From an uncultured Woeseiaceae bacterium (GTDB lineage: Bacteria; Pseudomonadota; Gammaproteobacteria; Steroidobacterales; Woeseiaceae), in NCBI GenBank assembly GCA_945787845.1, contig CALZJH010000009.1, forward strand, positions 35,208 to 99,207: a DNA stretch of 64,000 nt. Reading direction: 5' to 3'. The stretch's first letter is position 1, and each line of letters begins with the position of its first letter. Under the pieces are notes generated by a model, which saw nothing but the letters and a program-made list of their open reading frames with translations, was not told the DNA's origin and ran no database searches. This document shows, in pieces, positions 31,362 to 40,940 of this stretch. The position numbers were made by a program, and so were the translations under genes.

Positions 31362-32615
31362 ATGTTCGACACCTCGATGACGATCGAGTCCTTCGATCCT
31401 GAAGTAGCCAAAGCCATAGAACTTGAGAACCAGCGCCAGGAAGAGCACATCGAGTTGATCGCCTCGGAGAACTACGCGAGTCCGCGGGTCATGGCAGCCC
31501 AGGGCAGCAAGCTCACCAACAAGTATGCGGAAGGGTATCCGGGAAAACGCTACTACGGCGGTTGCGAGTTCGTGGACAATGTGGAAACCCTGGCCATCGA
31601 GCGCGCCAAAGAGCTGTTCGGTGCTGACTACGCCAACGTACAGCCGCACTCGGGATCACAGGCGAACGGTGCCGTCTATCATGCGCTGGTCGAGCCGGGC
31701 GACACGATTCTCGGCATGAGCCTCAACGAAGGCGGCCACCTGACCCACGGGTCCCCCGTCAACTTCTCGGGCAAGCTGTTCAACGTGGTGCCCTATGGCC
31801 TCGATCCCGAAACCAGCCTGATCGACTACGACCAGGTCCAGGCACTGGCGAACGAACACAAACCGAAAATGATTATTGCGGGTTTTTCGGCATACTCGCA
31901 GATCGCCGACTGGGCACGTTTTCGTGAGATCGCCGACAGCGTGGGCGCCTTCCTGTTTGTAGACATGGCGCACGTTGCGGGGCTCGTGGCGGCAGGCCTC
32001 TATCCAAGCCCCATCCCCCATGCGGACGTGTGCACGACGACGACGCACAAGACGCTGCGCGGACCGCGCGGTGGCCTGATTCTCGCGCGCAAGAACGACA
32101 AATTGACGAAGCGGTTCAACTCGCTGGTATTCCCGGGGACGCAAGGTGGCCCGCTGATGCATGTGATTGCCGCCAAAGCGATCGCACTCAAGGAAGCGCT
32201 CGAGCCCGGGTTCAAGGATTACCAGGCCAAGGTGATCGAGAATGCCAAGGCCATGGCCGACGTTCTCAACGAACGCGGATACCCGATTGTGTCGGGCGGT
32301 ACCGAGAATCACCTGATGCTCGTGAGCCTGATCGAACAGGGCATTACCGGAAAGGCCGCCGACGCGGCGCTGGGCCGTGCCTACATTACCGTGAACAAGA
32401 ATTCGGTCCCGAATGATCCCCAGTCGCCCTTCGTCACGAGTGGCCTGCGCCTCGGCACACCGGCGATAACGACGCGCGGCTTTGGCGTAGACGAAACCCG
32501 GCAGCTCACAGGCTGGATAGCGGATATACTGGACGATCTTGAGAACGAGGAGACGATCGAAAGCGTCCGTCAGCAGGTGCTCGAGCTCTGCGCGAGATTT
32601 CCTGTCTACGGCTGA
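31362..32615 (+). CDS. glyA: Serine hydroxymethyltransferase
   Basis: [36 protein letters not shown]. Confidence 0.98.
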   Translation: MFDTSMTIESFDPEVAKAIELENQRQEEHIELIASENYASPRVMAAQGSKLTNKYAEGYPGKRYYGGCEFVDNVETLAIERAKELFGADYANVQPHSGSQANGAVYHALVEPGDTILGMSLNEGGHLTHGSPVNFSGKLFNVVPYGLDPETSLIDYDQVQALANEHKPKMIIAGFSAYSQIADWARFREIADSVGAFLFVDMAHVAGLVAAGLYPSPIPHADVCTTTTHKTLRGPRGGLILARKNDKLTKRFNSLVFPGTQGGPLMHVIAAKAIALKEALEPGFKDYQAKVIENAKAMADVLNERGYPIVSGGTENHLMLVSLIEQGITGKAADAALGRAYITVNKNSVPNDPQSPFVTSGLRLGTPAITTRGFGVDETRQLTGWIADILDDLENEETIESVRQQVLELCARFPVYG

Positions 32616-32627
32616 TCGTACTGCCGA

Positions 32628-33146
32628 ATGCATTGTCCGTTTTGTGCCCACGATGAGACCAAGGTCATCGACTCGCGCCTGGCGGGCGAGGGCCGGCAGA
32701 TTCGTCGGCGCAGGCAATGCCTGGCGTGCAACGAACGCTTTACGACGTTCGAGACCGCCGAACTCGTCATGCCGAGGCTGATCAAGAACGACAACAGCCG
32801 CCAGCCGTTCGACGAAAACAAGTTGCGCAACAGCATGGTGCGAGCGCTCGAGAAGCGCCCGGTGCCCAGCGACCAGCTTGAAGAAGCTGTCGGTCACCTG
32901 ATTCACAAGCTCCGCACAATGGGGGAGCGCGAGGTGCCGTCGCGGCTGGTTGGTGAATTTGTCATGGAGGAGCTGCGCGCGCTCGACGAGGTCGCCTACG
33001 TGCGATTCGCATCCGTCTACCGTCGCTTTCAGGACATCACCGAATTCGAAGACGAGATCAGGCGCCTGCAAAAAATCTCCCAGACTGCCGCGAGTCGCGA
33101 ACAAATGTCGCTGCTGCCCGAGCTGCTCGGCAAGAAGAAGGACTAG
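32628..33146 (+). CDS. nrdR: Transcriptional repressor NrdR
   Basis: MHCPFC, DSR, IRRRRQC..C.ERFTTFE, ATP cone, [10 protein letters not shown]. Confidence 0.98.
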   Translation: MHCPFCAHDETKVIDSRLAGEGRQIRRRRQCLACNERFTTFETAELVMPRLIKNDNSRQPFDENKLRNSMVRALEKRPVPSDQLEEAVGHLIHKLRTMGEREVPSRLVGEFVMEELRALDEVAYVRFASVYRRFQDITEFEDEIRRLQKISQTAASREQMSLLPELLGKKKD

Positions 33147-33328
33147 TGGGCCGCTTGATACATTCATACACTTTCAGAGTGCACAGACAGGGTCAGTGCA
33201 AGGCGCGAGTTGTGGGCATAGCACCGCTATGGCCGCGGCTCGCAACGCCGTACTGGCGCGGTCTGTACGCTCCCTGCGGGCCTACAGCACAGGCTGAAAG
33301 CGTATGAATGTATCAAGCGGCCCACCAG
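33143..33328. mobile_element. 186-bp palindromic MITE-like element
   Basis: 35-bp terminal inverted repeats (33143-33177 / 33294-33328, 2 mismatches), long internal hairpin, no coding capacity; starts with CTAG overlapping the nrdR stop. Confidence 0.7.
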
Positions 33329-33330
33329 CC

Positions 33331-34425
33331 ATGTATTCCACAGAAGATTGCACGCATATGGCGCGTGCGCTGCAGCTGGCGGCGCGCGGACGTTACTCGG
33401 CACACCCCAATCCGATGGTTGGTTGCGTGATCGTGCGCGACGGCGAGGTCGTTGGCGAAGGCTGGCACGAGAAGGCCGGAGAAGCGCATGCAGAGATCAA
33501 CGCCCTGCGCGCGGCCGGAGATAAAGCGCAGGGCGCGACAGCCTTTGTTTCACTTGAGCCCTGCGCCCATACGGGCAAGACGCCGCCCTGTGCGGCTGCT
33601 CTGATCGAGGCCGGCATCAAGCGAGTCGTTGCCGCCATGCAGGATCCGTTTGTCGAAGTGGCGGGAACAGGTCTCGACAGGCTGCGCGAAGCCGGAGTCA
33701 CGGTGGATGTAGGTCTGATGCAGTCGTCGGCCGAGACCCTGAATGCCGGATTTGTGGGTCGCGTTTCGGGCGGGCGCCCGCGCGTGCGGCTCAAGATTGC
33801 GGCAAGCCTTGACGGGGCGATCGCGATGGCAAGTGGTGAAAGCCAGTGGATTACCGGTGCCGAAGCCCGTCACGATGTGCAGCGGCTGCGGGCACAGTCC
33901 GGGGCGGTCATGACCGGAATCGGCACGGTCCTGTCTGATGATCCATCACTCAATGTGCGCGCGCGCGATCTCGAAACGCGCGGGCTGCAGCCTCTGCGCG
34001 TTGTTCTCGACAGCCGCCTGCGCATGCCCCTGACGGCGAGGATGCTCACGTTGCCCGGCGCTACGCTGGTCTGCTGTGTGGGCGAACACGACGCCGGACC
34101 GTTGGAGGACGCGGGGGCGGAAGTGCACAAATTCGGCGCTCATGGTGATGCCGTCAACGTCTTCGAGGTGCTGGCGGCGCTGAGTGAGCGCGAGATCAAT
34201 GACGTGCTCGTGGAAGCAGGGCCTCGCCTTGCCGGCTATCTTCTTGAAAAAGAACTCGTTGATGAGCTTGTGATTTACCAGTCACCCCACATAATGGGCT
34301 CCAATACACGCGGCATGTTCGACACACCGACATTGGAAGCGCTGGCGGATCGTAAGGCGCTCGATATCATCGATGTCCGTCGCGTGGGTATCGATACCAG
34401 GATCACGGCAAGCGTTCAGAACTGA
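33331..34425 (+). CDS. ribD: Bifunctional riboflavin deaminase/reductase
   Basis: PNPMVGCV, HAE, LEPCAHTGKTPPC, SLDG, SQWITG. Confidence 0.97.
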   Translation: MYSTEDCTHMARALQLAARGRYSAHPNPMVGCVIVRDGEVVGEGWHEKAGEAHAEINALRAAGDKAQGATAFVSLEPCAHTGKTPPCAAALIEAGIKRVVAAMQDPFVEVAGTGLDRLREAGVTVDVGLMQSSAETLNAGFVGRVSGGRPRVRLKIAASLDGAIAMASGESQWITGAEARHDVQRLRAQSGAVMTGIGTVLSDDPSLNVRARDLETRGLQPLRVVLDSRLRMPLTARMLTLPGATLVCCVGEHDAGPLEDAGAEVHKFGAHGDAVNVFEVLAALSEREINDVLVEAGPRLAGYLLEKELVDELVIYQSPHIMGSNTRGMFDTPTLEALADRKALDIIDVRRVGIDTRITASVQN

Positions 34426-35063
34426 TGTTTACAGGAATTATCAAAGCCAAGGGCACGATCAAAGCAATGGAGCAGCGCGGCGGCGACGTGCGCCTCTGTG
34501 TTCGCTCGGACGGGCTGCCCTGGTCGGACTACGAACTCGGCGAGAGCATTGCCGTCAATGGCGTCTGCCTGACCGCGGTTGAGCTGTACGAGGACGGTTT
34601 CGACACGGACGTCTCCGTCGAGACCCTCGACGTCACGGCACTCGGCGGGCTCGATATCGGGTCCTCGGTCAATCTCGAACCGGCAATCAGCCTGGGCGAG
34701 CGGCTTGGCGGTCACCTGGTCAGCGGCCACGTGGACTGCACGGGCAAGGTTATGTCACGCACGACCGATGCTCGCTCGATACGTCTGTCGATAGAAATCC
34801 CGAAGGAATACGCTCGCTACGTGGCCAGGAAGGGTTCCGTCTGCGTCGACGGCGTCAGCCTTACCGTCAATGAGGTATCGGGAAACCTGTTTGAATTGAA
34901 TATCATCCCGCACACTGCCGAGGTCACAGTCGTTGACGACTACGCACCCGGTACCGTCGTCAATATCGAAGTGGACTTGCTGGCGCGCTATCTGGAGCGA
35001 CTGCTGGACAAGGACGGCGACGGTATTTCCCTGGAATTTCTAAAGGCTCATGGCTATGCCTGA
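34425..35063 (+). CDS. ribE: Riboflavin synthase (alpha chain; ribC in E. coli nomenclature)
   Basis: MFTGII, SIAVNGVCLT, GGHLVSGHVD, DGVSLTVN. Confidence 0.96.
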   Translation: MFTGIIKAKGTIKAMEQRGGDVRLCVRSDGLPWSDYELGESIAVNGVCLTAVELYEDGFDTDVSVETLDVTALGGLDIGSSVNLEPAISLGERLGGHLVSGHVDCTGKVMSRTTDARSIRLSIEIPKEYARYVARKGSVCVDGVSLTVNEVSGNLFELNIIPHTAEVTVVDDYAPGTVVNIEVDLLARYLERLLDKDGDGISLEFLKAHGYA

Positions 35064-36195
35064 CAACCCAACGATGCACCCGAGTGCGGCGACTGCGCCG
35101 TTCAGCGCTATCGAAGACATCATTGCCGACATTGCGGACGGCAAGATGGTCGTGATGGTCGACGATGAAAATCGCGAGAATGAAGGCGACCTGATCATGG
35201 CGGCCTCCAAAGTGCGGCCCGAGGACATCAATTACATGGCCATGCACGGTCGTGGACTGATTTGCCTGACCATGACGCGCGGGCGCTGCAAACAGCTGCG
35301 GCTGCCACTGATGGTCAGCGATACGGACGAGCATCACGCGACCAACTTCACGATCTCCATCGAAGCGGCCGAAGGCATCACTACAGGTATCTCCGCGCAC
35401 GACCGCGCAAGGACGATCCAGGCGGCTGTCGCTGAGGGCGCCAGGCCTGAACACCTGAGCCAGCCGGGACACATTTTCCCGGTGATGGCCCAACCTGGCG
35501 GTGTATTGACTCGCGCCGGGCATACGGAAGCCGGTTGCGACCTCGCACGCCTCGCAGGCCTGGAGCCGGCGGCCGCGATTGTCGAGATCCTGAACGACGA
35601 TGGGACCATGGCGCGCCGGCCCGACCTCGAGAAGTTCGCCCGCGCTCACGGTATTCGCATCGGTACGATCGCGGACCTGATCCGCTATCGCCTCGAGAAA
35701 GAGCGCAATGTGGAGCGCATTGCCGAGAGGTCCATCAGTACCGAGTTTGGCGAGTTCAGGATGTACTGCTACGACGATCTTGTGAATCGTTCGGTCCATG
35801 TTGCGCTCGTTAAGGGCGATCTCGAGAAGGTCGATACACCGCTGGTACGTGTGCATCTCCAGGACACGCTGGGAGACGTCGTCGGCGTGCAGAGCGAGTC
35901 ACTGGGCTGGCCGTTACACAATGCCATCGAGCGAATCAGCGGCGAAGAAGCCGGCGTCATTGTGCTGCTGCGTGACCAGGAAACGTCACGCGACTTTATG
36001 GATGCCGTGGAAAACCTGGGCACACATCGCGATGAGCTCGAAAAGCAGCGTAGCGGCGATTCGGTATTGCGAACCTACGGTATTGGTGCCCAGATCCTGC
36101 GTGACCTCGGTCTCAGCAAAATCCGTGTATTATCAGCGCCTAAACAAATGTACGCGATCTCGGGTTTCGACCTCGAAATCACCGAGTACGTCTGA
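35056..36195 (+). CDS. ribB: DHBP synthase fused to a degenerate GTP cyclohydrolase II-like domain (RibBX type)
   Basis: DDENRENEGD, TGISAHDR, RAGHTEA; the C-domain lacks the Zn-binding cysteines (VRVHLQDTLGD). Confidence 0.93.
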   Translation: MPDNPTMHPSAATAPFSAIEDIIADIADGKMVVMVDDENRENEGDLIMAASKVRPEDINYMAMHGRGLICLTMTRGRCKQLRLPLMVSDTDEHHATNFTISIEAAEGITTGISAHDRARTIQAAVAEGARPEHLSQPGHIFPVMAQPGGVLTRAGHTEAGCDLARLAGLEPAAAIVEILNDDGTMARRPDLEKFARAHGIRIGTIADLIRYRLEKERNVERIAERSISTEFGEFRMYCYDDLVNRSVHVALVKGDLEKVDTPLVRVHLQDTLGDVVGVQSESLGWPLHNAIERISGEEAGVIVLLRDQETSRDFMDAVENLGTHRDELEKQRSGDSVLRTYGIGAQILRDLGLSKIRVLSAPKQMYAISGFDLEITEYV

Positions 36196-36210
36196 CACAT
36201 ACGGCTCAGC

Positions 36211-36684
36211 ATGGACAAAATCAAGATTACAGAAGGCGACCCGATCGTTCGCGACGGACGGTTTGCCATCGTCGCGGCACGGTTTAACGAGTTTATCGTT
36301 GAATCCCTGATCAAGGCTGCGGTGCATTGCCTGCGCCAGCACGGCGCCGATGACGGCAATGTCGAGATCATCCGTGTCCCGGGTGCATTCGAGATGCCGC
36401 TGGCCGTCGACAAGGTTGCCGGGTCTCGCCGCTTTGACGGCATCATTGCGCTGGGCGCAGTGATTCGCGGTGGCACCCCGCATTTCGACTATGTCGCGGG
36501 AGAATGCGTCAAGGGCATCACGGCGGCAGGCCAGCGCCATGGTATTCCTGTGGGTAACGGTGTCCTGACTGTCGACACGATCGAGCAGGCGATAGAGCGC
36601 GCCGGCACGAAAGCGGGCAACAAGGGCGAGGAAGCCACACTCGCCGTTGTCGAGATGGTCAACCTGCTCAGAAAAATCGACTAA
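36211..36684 (+). CDS. ribH: 6,7-dimethyl-8-ribityllumazine synthase
   Basis: ARFN, VPGAFE.P, IRGGTPHFDYV, GNKG.EA. Confidence 0.97.
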   Translation: MDKIKITEGDPIVRDGRFAIVAARFNEFIVESLIKAAVHCLRQHGADDGNVEIIRVPGAFEMPLAVDKVAGSRRFDGIIALGAVIRGGTPHFDYVAGECVKGITAAGQRHGIPVGNGVLTVDTIEQAIERAGTKAGNKGEEATLAVVEMVNLLRKID

Positions 36685-37139
36685 TGAGCAAACCCTCCCA
36701 GGCCGGAGCAGGCGCCCGCACGCGCGCCCGCGAGTTGATGGTGCAGGCGCTCTATCAGAAGCAGATCGCCGGCCATACGACGGCCGAACTCGTCGCGCAG
36801 TACCATGAAGACACCGCGTACGCGCGCGTGGACCAGGCATTTTTCGACGAGCTGTTTCCCGCGATCAGCAACGGCCAGGAGCACATCGAGAAAAAGATCG
36901 AGAGCCTGATCGACCGGCCGCTGGCACAGCTCGATCCCATCGAATTGTCAATCCTGCTTATCGGCGTACACGAACTCGAAACCCGCATCGACATTCCTTA
37001 CAAAGTCGTCATTAACGAGGGCGTGAACCTCGCCAAGCGCTTTGGATCGACGGACGGACACAAGTACATAAACGCTTGCCTCGACGCTGCTGCGCAATCC
37101 CTGCGCGAGGTCGAGGTGCAAGCCAAAGCCGGTGGATGA
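36684..37139 (+). CDS. nusB: Transcription antitermination factor NusB
   Basis: RTRARE..VQALYQ, PYKVVINE.V.LAKRFG..DGHKYIN. Confidence 0.95.
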   Translation: MSKPSQAGAGARTRARELMVQALYQKQIAGHTTAELVAQYHEDTAYARVDQAFFDELFPAISNGQEHIEKKIESLIDRPLAQLDPIELSILLIGVHELETRIDIPYKVVINEGVNLAKRFGSTDGHKYINACLDAAAQSLREVEVQAKAGG

Positions 37140-38046
37140 GTTTGAACTGATTCGTCGCTTCTTCTCACGCGACGCGAAGGCAACCGATGTTGGCGTCGGC
37201 GATGACGGCGCCGTGATGACACCAACACCCGGGACACAGCAAGTCCAGGTTATCGACACGCTGGTCGAGGGCGTGCATTTTCCAGCGACTATCACAGCCG
37301 CCGACGTCGGCTATCGGGCAGTTGAAGTTAACCTCTCGGACATTGCTGCGATGGGTGCCCGGCCCCGATGGATGACACTCGCGCTGACCCTGTGGGACAA
37401 GGACGAACTCTGGGTCGAAGACTTCGCGGCCGGGATGTTTGCGGCGGCCGATGAACACGACGTGGTCCTGGTAGGCGGCGATACGACGCAAGGTGACTCG
37501 GTTGTTGTTTCGATCAACATGACAGGTGAAGTGGAAAAGGACGCGGCCCTTTTGCGAAGTGGCGCCAAAGTGGGTGACACCGTGTTCGTCACCGGCACGG
37601 TGGGCGATGCCGCCGCCGGCCTCGAGCTACTCCAGCAGGGAGAACATGATGAATTTCTTGTCGGACGATTCCTGCGACCGACGGCAAGGCTGACGCTGGG
37701 CAGGATGCTCGTCGGCAGAGCGCATGCGGCCATCGACGTCTCGGACGGCCTGGTCGCCGACCTGAGCAAGCTGCTGGCCGCCAGCGCACTGGGTGCGCAA
37801 ATAAACGTCGATGACGTACCGATGTCCCCTGCTTTGATGGCGCGCTTCGATGACGACACGGCGCAGCAGTTTGCCCTCTCCGGCGGTGACGACTACGAAC
37901 TGTGCTTCACGGCGTCGGCGGATGCCGTGGCCGAACTCGACGGCGTCACCGCGATAGGCACAGTGACGGCCGCGGAGGGCCTGGTGTGTCGACGGGGCGG
38001 TGAGATTGTTGACGTCGACGTCAGCGGCTACCGTCATTTCACATGA
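37132..38046 (+). CDS. thiL: Thiamine-monophosphate kinase
   Basis: EFELI, GVGDDGA, NLSDIAAMG, GGDTT, IDVSDGL, GGDDYEL. Confidence 0.96.
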   Translation: MDEFELIRRFFSRDAKATDVGVGDDGAVMTPTPGTQQVQVIDTLVEGVHFPATITAADVGYRAVEVNLSDIAAMGARPRWMTLALTLWDKDELWVEDFAAGMFAAADEHDVVLVGGDTTQGDSVVVSINMTGEVEKDAALLRSGAKVGDTVFVTGTVGDAAAGLELLQQGEHDEFLVGRFLRPTARLTLGRMLVGRAHAAIDVSDGLVADLSKLLAASALGAQINVDDVPMSPALMARFDDDTAQQFALSGGDDYELCFTASADAVAELDGVTAIGTVTAAEGLVCRRGGEIVDVDVSGYRHFT

Positions 38047-38531
38047 GCGCAGGTCCGGACAATCTCGCACGCACGGTGCTCCGGGACCCGGTGCATTTCC
38101 TCGCGTTCGGCTTCGGCACCGGGCTGATGCCCTTCGCACCGGGCACTTTCGGCTCGATTCCTGGTGTCATCCTGTTCTGGCTGACCATGGATTTCGGAGT
38201 TTATGTTCAATTGGGATTGGTCGCGGCAATGACGCTGGCCGGAATCTGGCTGTGTGGTGAAAGCGCCAGGCGCATTGGCGTGCATGATCATGGTGGCATC
38301 GTCTGGGACGAGATCGTCGGCATGTACTTGACCTTGCTGGTCGCGCCCGTTTCGGTCGTCGGATTCGTACTCGCCTTCGTCCTTTTTCGCGTGATGGATA
38401 TTGTCAAACCGTGGCCGATTCGGGACCTGGATCACAGTATCCATGGGGGTCTGGGAATTATGCTGGACGACCTCGTAGCTGCCCTGTATGCCGCATTGTT
38501 ACTGGCTTTGTATGGGTGGCTAATGACCTGA
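38043..38531 (+). CDS. pgpA: Phosphatidylglycerophosphatase A
   Basis: APGTFGS, HDHGGIVWDE, FR.MDIVKPWPI, GIMLDD. Confidence 0.96.
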   Translation: MSAGPDNLARTVLRDPVHFLAFGFGTGLMPFAPGTFGSIPGVILFWLTMDFGVYVQLGLVAAMTLAGIWLCGESARRIGVHDHGGIVWDEIVGMYLTLLVAPVSVVGFVLAFVLFRVMDIVKPWPIRDLDHSIHGGLGIMLDDLVAALYAALLLALYGWLMT

Positions 38532-38544
38532 ACTGTGAGACAAC

Positions 38545-39849
38545 ATGGCCAGCAAGGTATCTGAACTTACGCGCCCGGCGGACGTGCCCGAGAAGATCGG
38601 TAAATACGTCATCATCAACAAGATCGGCAAGGGCAGCACCGGTACCGTTTACCTGTCTCACGACCCGTACTACCGTCGCGACGTAGCGATCAAGGTCTAC
38701 AACCTCGAAGAAGACGCCGACGCCGAGCGCGCCAAGGTGTCCCGCAAGATGTTCTTCAACGAAGCACACATGGTCGGCATGTTGCAGCACCCTAACATCA
38801 TGCCGATCTACGACGCCGGCGAGGAAGACGGCGCTTACTACGTCGTTACCGAACACATCCAGGGCGCACGCACGCTGGCCGCCTATTGTCGCCCCGATAA
38901 CCTGTTGCGCGTCGATGACGTCGTCGAGATTATCTACAAATGCGCCAAGGCACTGCATTACGCTCACGGTCGTGGCGTCATCCATCGCGACATCAAGCCG
39001 TCGAATGTCATGCTCACGATCGACAACGATGTGCGCATCATCGACTTCGGTATAGCGATTGTCAGCGACTCCGAGGTATCGCGAATCGAAGGCATCGCGG
39101 GTTCACCGAGCTACATGTCGCCGGAGCAGGTCCAGTCGGAGGAACTGACGCCACGCTCTGACCTGTATTCACTCGGCGCCGTCATGTACGAACTGCTGAC
39201 CGGGTTCCGACCGTTCCGTGCCGACAACCTGTCAAAACTGCTGCACCAGATCGTGTATGCAACACCGCCACCGATTCACACGTACCGCGACGATCTTCCG
39301 GAAGAACTCGAGCACGTCGTCATGACGACGATGCAAAAAGAACCGAACAAGCGTCTCACGACGGGCAACGCGATGGCGGCAGAGCTGACGCGTGTTTACA
39401 AGGACCTGCGCCAGAAGTACGACAGCCTCGATAACCAGGAGCATTTTGACCTGCTGCGCACCTTGCACTTCTTCCACGAGTTTTCGCACGCCGAAATCTG
39501 GGAGGTCCTGCGCGCCTCCGACTGGCACGAATACAAGGCTGGCGAAGATATCGTGCGCGAAGGGGAGGTCGACGACCGTTTCTACATTATCGTGTCGGGC
39601 GCGGTTGAAGTGCAGGCCAACGGCACCAGCATCGGCACCTTGAGCAATGGCGACTGTTTTGGCGAGACGAGCTACGTGCGCGGCGCAAAGCGCCAGGCGT
39701 CGATTCGGGCCCAGGGCCAGGTGACGATCCTGCGCGTGAGTTCGACGCTGATGGAACAGGTCTCATCAGCCTGTCAGCTGCGCTTCAACAAGGTTTTCCT
39801 GCGTTCCCTGATCACCCGGTTGCAGGGCAGCGGCGGCGCCAACACCTGA
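38545..39849 (+). CDS. Cytoplasmic Hanks-type Ser/Thr protein kinase with a C-terminal cyclic-nucleotide-binding domain
   Basis: GKGSTGTVY, VAIK, HRDIKPSN, DFG, GSPSYMSPEQ; cNMP domain IVREGE..DRFYII.SG.VEV...GDCFGE......RQAS. Confidence 0.93.
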   Translation: MASKVSELTRPADVPEKIGKYVIINKIGKGSTGTVYLSHDPYYRRDVAIKVYNLEEDADAERAKVSRKMFFNEAHMVGMLQHPNIMPIYDAGEEDGAYYVVTEHIQGARTLAAYCRPDNLLRVDDVVEIIYKCAKALHYAHGRGVIHRDIKPSNVMLTIDNDVRIIDFGIAIVSDSEVSRIEGIAGSPSYMSPEQVQSEELTPRSDLYSLGAVMYELLTGFRPFRADNLSKLLHQIVYATPPPIHTYRDDLPEELEHVVMTTMQKEPNKRLTTGNAMAAELTRVYKDLRQKYDSLDNQEHFDLLRTLHFFHEFSHAEIWEVLRASDWHEYKAGEDIVREGEVDDRFYIIVSGAVEVQANGTSIGTLSNGDCFGETSYVRGAKRQASIRAQGQVTILRVSSTLMEQVSSACQLRFNKVFLRSLITRLQGSGGANT

Positions 39850-39926
39850 TCACTCGCCAAAGGGCGATACGCACTTACGTATAAACAGCAATTAACCTCC
39901 GCGCGGTGAGGCGTATTCTGGCGCGC

Positions 39927-40898
39927 ATGCGCAGGATATTGCTCACGGCGATGCTCCTTTTCGGCTGCCCGCTGCCGGCTGCAGCGGAGGCCCCGATCTC
40001 CGATGCGTTTCCCCTCCGCAATCACAATCCGTTTCTGCAGGTGTACGGATTACCCACGTTCCAGACACACGAACTCGTCGCCGAGGGAAAGATCGACGTC
40101 GGTTTGAGCTACGACGTTGCCAATGATGCGGATGACGCGGATCGCCTCGGCGAGCGGCTGATCATCGACGCCGAGAGCCAGGTACTGAATCTCTCGATCC
40201 GCCGCAGGTTTGGCGAACGATTCGAGTTCGGCATTGACGTACCCTGGGTGCGCCACTCGGGAGGGTACCTGGACAGCGTGATTTTTAATTTTCACGATCT
40301 CGTCGGGCTGCCGAACTCCAATCGTGACGGCCCGGATGATCAGTACCGCCTCTTTTTTGAACAGCAGGGTACCGTGCTCTTTGATACCGACGTGCCAACC
40401 TCGGGCATCGGGGACGTACAGGTGACCGCAGCCATGGACCTCGGCAAGGCCACGCTGCGCGCCGGTATCAAGGTGCCGACCGGCGACCCTGATGAGCTGA
40501 CCGGAAGCGGCGCGGCCGATGTTTCCCTGGGACTCCATGGCGGAAGCACGGCATCCCTGTTCAGGCGCGAACTGGCGTACTCGGGATTTCTCGGTGTACT
40601 GGTGCTCGGCGACGGCGATATTATGCCGGCCCTGCAGCGGAGTGCCGTGCCGTATGCTGGCGCCGCGCTCAGGTGGCAAGCGACGACACGAATGGCACTG
40701 GCAACGCAGCTGTACGTCCAGGGGCCTTATTTCGACGCCGCGCTCGACGAACTCGGCGGTAACACCTTTCAACTCTCGTTCGGCGCAGATTTTCGTTTGC
40801 GAGGCTCGTTCCTGCGACTGGCAATTGTCGAAGACATCGCTGCCGCCGCCGCACCTGATTTCGCCCTGCACCTGTCGTTCCGTAGTTTCGGCGGCTGA
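39927..40898 (+). CDS. DUF3187-like exported (probable beta-barrel) protein
   Basis: Signal peptide, RNHNPF, GG.LD..I..FHD..GLP, KVPTGD, APDF near the C-terminus. Confidence 0.7.
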   Translation: MRRILLTAMLLFGCPLPAAAEAPISDAFPLRNHNPFLQVYGLPTFQTHELVAEGKIDVGLSYDVANDADDADRLGERLIIDAESQVLNLSIRRRFGERFEFGIDVPWVRHSGGYLDSVIFNFHDLVGLPNSNRDGPDDQYRLFFEQQGTVLFDTDVPTSGIGDVQVTAAMDLGKATLRAGIKVPTGDPDELTGSGAADVSLGLHGGSTASLFRRELAYSGFLGVLVLGDGDIMPALQRSAVPYAGAALRWQATTRMALATQLYVQGPYFDAALDELGGNTFQLSFGADFRLRGSFLRLAIVEDIAAAAAPDFALHLSFRSFGG

Positions 40899-40940
40899 TT
40901 TCCGGTTACACTCGGGCCCAGACAATTTCGAGGGCTCCTC

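Noticed and set aside
33147..33330. FMN riboswitch upstream of ribD
   Set aside because: It lacks the RFN consensus segments; the long terminal inverted repeats fit a MITE-like element instead.
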